The position numbers were made by a program, and so were the translations under genes. A stretch of 64,000 nt of DNA from Candidatus Binatia bacterium (GTDB taxonomy: Bacteria; Desulfobacterota; Binatia; Bin18): positions 1 to 64,000 of the forward strand of contig CAXXHG010000001.1 in the NCBI GenBank assembly GCA_963666315.2, read 5' to 3'. Positions 59,911-64,000 of the stretch are shown here, in pieces. The notes beneath the pieces were generated by a model. The model was given only the letters and a program-made list of their open reading frames with translations. It was not told where the DNA came from and searched no databases. How positions within the stretch are numbered: the stretch's first letter is position 1; each line of letters opens with the position of its first letter.

Positions 59911-60715
59911 GCTGTTCTCCATTCACAAGCAAGGTGTCGAGTAAGCTGCCTTGCAAGGTCGTTGCTCGCGGGCGGCGGTCAAAGAAAGCGCGGATGTGGG
60001 GATGGTCGGTCTGCCGCACCTCATCCAGCGGACCGGCGGCAAGCACGCGTCCTGCGTCTAGCATGACGGCGCGATCGGCAATCATTTGAATGCTGCCCAG
60101 CTCGTGGGTTACGATGATGATGGTCATGCTGAGTTGTTCTTTGAGCCGTAGAACCAATTCATCCAACTCACGTGCGGTAATTGGATCGAGGCCAGCAGAG
60201 AGTTCATCAAACAGCAGCAGGGTTGGGTCCAAAGCTAGTGCGCGCGCGACTGCTGCCCGCTTTTTCATGCCTCCGCTGATTGTCGCCGGCAGGAGATGCG
60301 CTGCCCGTTCCAAGCCGACTAAGGAGAGCTTCATCCGAGCCAGCATGCGCGCGGTTTCTTGATCCGTCTTGGTGTGCTCAATGATGGGCAGTGCAATATT
60401 GTCTTCAAGAGTCATGGAATTAAAGAGTGCCCCGCCCTGAAACGACATGCCTACATTGCGCAGAATGTTTTCACGTTCTTCTTCATTTGCCTGATGGAAA
60501 TCGCGTCCGTCGATGAGCACGCGTCCGGCGGTTGGTGTCAGCAGCCCGACAATGTGACGTAAGAGTGTGGTTTTCCCGCAGCCGCTGCTGCCCAAAACAA
60601 CAGTGATTTCACCTTGGTAGGCATCCAAACTGATCCCGTCAAGGATGGTCCGGCCATCGTACTGCGCAACCAGGCTTTCAATCTGAACGTATGGGCTGGG
60701 ATCTGATGTTGGCAT
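59891..60715 (-). CDS. MlaF/Mkl-like ABC ATP-binding protein
   Basis: GSSGCGKT, ISGGMKKR, LLFDE.SAGLDP and VTH. Confidence 0.93.
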   Translation of the reverse strand: MPTSDPSPYVQIESLVAQYDGRTILDGISLDAYQGEITVVLGSSGCGKTTLLRHIVGLLTPTAGRVLIDGRDFHQANEEERENILRNVGMSFQGGALFNSMTLEDNIALPIIEHTKTDQETARMLARMKLSLVGLERAAHLLPATISGGMKKRAAVARALALDPTLLLFDELSAGLDPITARELDELVLRLKEQLSMTIIIVTHELGSIQMIADRAVMLDAGRVLAAGPLDEVRQTDHPHIRAFFDRRPRATTLQGSLLDTLLVNGEQHGTESA

Positions 60716-60744
60716 ACAATTTTCTATAACTGCTCTACGATGGT

Positions 60745-61827
60745 CTATGTCAAATAGTAGAATATCGTGGTGAACACCGCATCCGCTAAAATACACAGCA
60801 CAATAGAGGCAACGACGGATGCGGTGGTATTTGTCCCAACACCTTCTGCTCCACCCTGCACATAAAAACCACGGTAGCAGGCAACAAGCCCGATCAGCAA
60901 TGCAAAGACGAGACTCTTGACCATGCCGGTTACGAGATCAATCGTAAGCAATGCCTGCCCGGTCTGCTGCAAGTAATTCCGGCTGCCGAGACCCAGTAAC
61001 ATCACGCCTATCACGTAGCCACCGAAAACTCCGGTTAGATTCGACAGCACGGTCAAACACGGCACGGCACACAGCAAGGCGAGAATACGCGGCAAAAGGA
61101 GGAAGCGGCCCGGACTCAGGGCCATGGTTTGCATGGCGTCGATCTCTTCAGACACGACCATGGTGCCGAGCTCGGCGGTGATGGCCGAACCGCTGCGTCC
61201 CGCGACAATGATGGCGGTAATCAAAGGCGCCATCTCGCGGGTCATTGAAACCGCAACGAGGTTGGCAATATAGATAGTCGCTCCAAATTGGCGGAGTTGA
61301 CTGGCTGCATTGAGGGCTAAGACCGCACCTATGAGAAAAGACAGAAAGGTGACAATAGGAACGCCGTCTACACCCATCTTGACGATTTGCTCGACGGTTC
61401 GGTCCCATTTGATCCCCTTGCCACGCCAAGGGGCAACAAAGAGCCAATACGCGAGTTCACCAATCATTTCGAGCAAACGCCGGCCCGTGGCGGACGCGTC
61501 CAGCGTTTGCCCTCCCACATATTCCAGAAGGGAAAGTTTCGCTGGCAATTGTCCCGACTGATCCAGAATACTGGCATGAAGGCCGGTAAAAGCCTGCTGG
61601 GCTTGGGCTGACAAGCCACTAAAGCGTACGGTCACTCCGTGGTCTTTTCCCTGCTGTACGAGCCTGAGGAGAGCCGCGACCTCTAGTCCCCGCAGGCGTG
61701 GCACCTCGCCAAGATCGAGCATATACTGTGAGCCAGACGAGGCTTGCTCAATCTGGCGGGTATGCTCGCGCAGCAAGGAAAAGATCTGCGGCGACGTTTG
61801 CGATGTGCCTGACTCGTCCTGTTTCAA
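60745..61827 (-). CDS. MlaE-family ABC permease with N-terminal STAS-like domain
   Basis: REMAPLITAIIVAGRSGSAITAELGTM..EEIDAM and GGAEGVG. TTG start is uncertain. Confidence 0.92.
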   Translation of the reverse strand: MKQDESGTSQTSPQIFSLLREHTRQIEQASSGSQYMLDLGEVPRLRGLEVAALLRLVQQGKDHGVTVRFSGLSAQAQQAFTGLHASILDQSGQLPAKLSLLEYVGGQTLDASATGRRLLEMIGELAYWLFVAPWRGKGIKWDRTVEQIVKMGVDGVPIVTFLSFLIGAVLALNAASQLRQFGATIYIANLVAVSMTREMAPLITAIIVAGRSGSAITAELGTMVVSEEIDAMQTMALSPGRFLLLPRILALLCAVPCLTVLSNLTGVFGGYVIGVMLLGLGSRNYLQQTGQALLTIDLVTGMVKSLVFALLIGLVACYRGFYVQGGAEGVGTNTTASVVASIVLCILADAVFTTIFYYLT

Positions 61828-61972
61828 AATATGTGTCGTCCTTTTCCCCGCTCGCCTCGACTAGCGGACGCTCGGAAGCCCGGAAGTTCATGCATCAGCC
61901 TTGCCGGCGGGTGTGCACCCATTCTACCTTTTTTGTGTTTTCATAGCATAACAGGAGATGGGGGATGGAGTC

Positions 61973-63029
61973 ATGATGCGAGGGGGGGGGACAGCACCCG
62001 CCGGCGTATGTCTGGATAGTGGTGATTGTATGTCTGATGCTGGGCAGCTGTAGTGGGGATGCTGAGCAGCGGTCTGCCTGCCGACTCTGGTGTTGTGTCC
62101 ACACACAAAGAAGAACTGGCTGGCAGCGCAACGACTGACGAGAGGCGAGAAACGGCCGCTGCTGTGGGCCGGGTTGTTGCGGGCAAGAATCTCGGCATGA
62201 TTGTGTCCGGAGTGGGAAGTGCAGCGTCAACGCGCTCGCTTGACGTTCTGGAACAGCGTATACAGTCTTTCTTGCGTCACCTGCAAGCCGTGTATGAACG
62301 CGAGCGGCAGAAACAGCTGAATCTGATGGGCAGTGTGGACGTGTATTTGACTATTGAGCCCAATGGCAATGTCTCAGACTTGCGGTTCCCCAAAGCCCGC
62401 GTCTCAGACGAGCGTTTCCTGGCCGCTCTATTCGATCCCATAACGACGTGGGTCTTCCCCCCGCTGAAGATACGGCCCACCTCCGAGTCACCTTTCTGTT
62501 TGTTCCCCCAAGCTTTGATCTCGCTTCCGTGATTGCATGGGAAAGGCAAGTCGTTCCCACGTCTCATGCTGCTCAACGGAAACCGGCTGCCACGACGGTT
62601 GTAGCCGGTGCGGTCCTGCCGCATCCTCAAGCGACTCCGTCGCCGACTTTGTGGCCGTCGCCGATCCCTGCGCTGGCCCCAATGGTGCCCGGCACAACGG
62701 GGGAGGGTAAAGAATCGTCCATTACCGTTACACCAGCAAAGACGACCCAGACAGCGCAGGCTGTGGTTTCTCGGACGAGTCCGCTTGTGCAGAAGAAGCA
62801 TCCACCTCCAGTAATCACAGACTCCGGGTGGTATCAGATCAAGCGCTCTACCGCGCTGCGCGCCGAACCACGGACGTCTGCCGCCTTGGTCGCCCTGCTC
62901 TAGCCGGGCACCCGGGTCAGAGTTGTCGGGATCGTTTCCGGGACATGGCTCGAGGTCCGCTCGGTCTCCAACCGTCGGCCTGGTTATCTACACCGTACGG
63001 ACGCACAGCGAGTCGACGGGCCACGCTAA
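61973..63029 (+). pseudogene. Putative lipoprotein with AgmX/TonB-C-like and C-terminal SH3 domains, disrupted
   Basis: Signal VVIVCLMLGSC lies out of frame after a G9 run. LQAVYERE..L.GSV.V.LTIEPNGNV..WVFP follows. Frameshifts at about 62070 and 62457, and a TAG at 62901 inside the SH3-like LRAEP..GTRVRVVG..WLEV..PGYLH. Confidence 0.65.
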
Positions 63030-63052
63030 TCTCCAGATCCGACAGATAGGCA

Positions 63053-64000
63053 TTAGCCGGAAAAATAGGCCTCCAAATTCGCTGCCTCACGTTGCTGACA
63101 AGCGACCGCAACCCGGAGTTTCTCCAAGTGCTGGTCCAGCATTTTTCCACCCTGCGGAACCGGATGGGCGGCAAAGAAGTCTGTGACCTCAGCCTCAAGC
63201 TCCGGCGTCACCAGGGCGACAATGCCCTCGCACATACGGATAACAGAATTATCCGGAAACTTCTCTGTCATCTCGTCCCAGTGCGCTTGGAGAAAAGCCC
63301 AGGCCAGCTCACGACCATCCGTGTTCATAAGCAGTGAGCGCATGAGATAGGGTGCGTTTTGGGTCCGGACGTCCCCGTTAAGCGTCATGCCGAGTGTCTG
63401 TTTGAGCAGGTCGGGCTGCCGGAAGGCTGCCAGTGCAAACTGATAGCGCTGCTCTTCCTGGGGTGTCTTTGCCGCTTGCGAGATATGACGAAATTCTTCG
63501 TATACGTCTGCTCCTCCGGTATAGGCGAGAATCGAAACCAAGGCAGGGATGAGGTTGCGATCCACAGTGTTGCGATCGGCTTTGTATTGCGCATACACAT
63601 TTTGCGCTTCTTTTTGTGTCGCCGGGTCGTCCCCAATCGTTCCCAAGGCTCCGAGCAGCTCTCCCCGTAACTGACTAATGAGGGTATTCTCTCCGTCTTT
63701 GGGACTCCAGCCTAACTGCTGAGTGAGAGGGGTGAGGAGGTCGCGAATTCGACGCTGCAGGGCTGGTCGCTGGGCCGGGCTCAACAATCGATACAGATAA
63801 TGGCACGGACCCAGAATTGCGGTCCAGACATTATGATCCCTCTCGTCGCGAAACAAAGACAGCAAGTCGAGATAGGCGGTCAGCGGAGTGAGGCCGGCCT
63901 GGGCTGTGGCCCACATATCGTTGATGAGATTAAAGCGCTCGATCGCACAGAGCCCGGTCTGGATATTGTCTGTTAATTGACTGAGCATGTCAGGGCTATA
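63053..64000 (-). CDS. M1 family aminopeptidase, ERAP1-like C-terminal domain (partial, runs off the right edge)
   Basis: ERFNLINDMWA, EEQRYQFALA, VRTQNAPY and AWAFLQAHW. Confidence 0.88.
   Translation of the reverse strand, partial: YSPDMLSQLTDNIQTGLCAIERFNLINDMWATAQAGLTPLTAYLDLLSLFRDERDHNVWTAILGPCHYLYRLLSPAQRPALQRRIRDLLTPLTQQLGWSPKDGENTLISQLRGELLGALGTIGDDPATQKEAQNVYAQYKADRNTVDRNLIPALVSILAYTGGADVYEEFRHISQAAKTPQEEQRYQFALAAFRQPDLLKQTLGMTLNGDVRTQNAPYLMRSLLMNTDGRELAWAFLQAHWDEMTEKFPDNSVIRMCEGIVALVTPELEAEVTDFFAAHPVPQGGKMLDQHLEKLRVAVACQQREAANLEAYFSG

Noticed and set aside
1-64000. CRISPR array, tRNA, rRNA, transposase, integrase or prophage
   Set aside because: I found no regularly spaced repeats, cloverleaf or rRNA-like segments, or recognisable mobile-element proteins. 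The psp genes are an envelope-stress system, not phage genes.

Overview
This 64 kb window is GC-rich bacterial chromosome and almost entirely accessory catabolic, redox and envelope genes. I see no rRNA, tRNA, CRISPR array, intact transposase or integrase. Left to right it holds: a tripartite RND efflux operon; five intact luciferase-like (LLM) flavin oxidoreductases plus one remnant, mixed with GST, SDR, nitroreductase, 2OG/Fe(II) oxygenase, amidohydrolase and hydrolase genes; a DUF1329-DUF1302-IPNS-like oxygenase operon; a divergent B12-binding radical SAM gene plus a tandem-DUF2889 gene; a MetE-like/cupin/PNPOx operon; a dGTPase; an Ltp2-like thiolase and a MaoC protein; a decayed CHAT-adenylate cyclase fusion; pspF/pspABC with a sigma54 promoter; three tandem, mosaic cytochrome c-PQQ (PVA dehydrogenase-like) paralogs; an Mla-like ABC operon; and an M1 aminopeptidase. 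This gene mix resembles Binatota- or Tectomicrobia-like genomes, which is inference only. Many genes carry homopolymer frameshifts, nonsense codons or clean internal deletions, and the intergenic DNA holds GTAG-type REP palindromes. The best candidates for undescribed systems are the quinohemoprotein triplet, the radical SAM/split-DUF2889 pair, and the MetE-like cluster with an altered Zn ligand. All family calls come from motif recognition by eye, without database searches.
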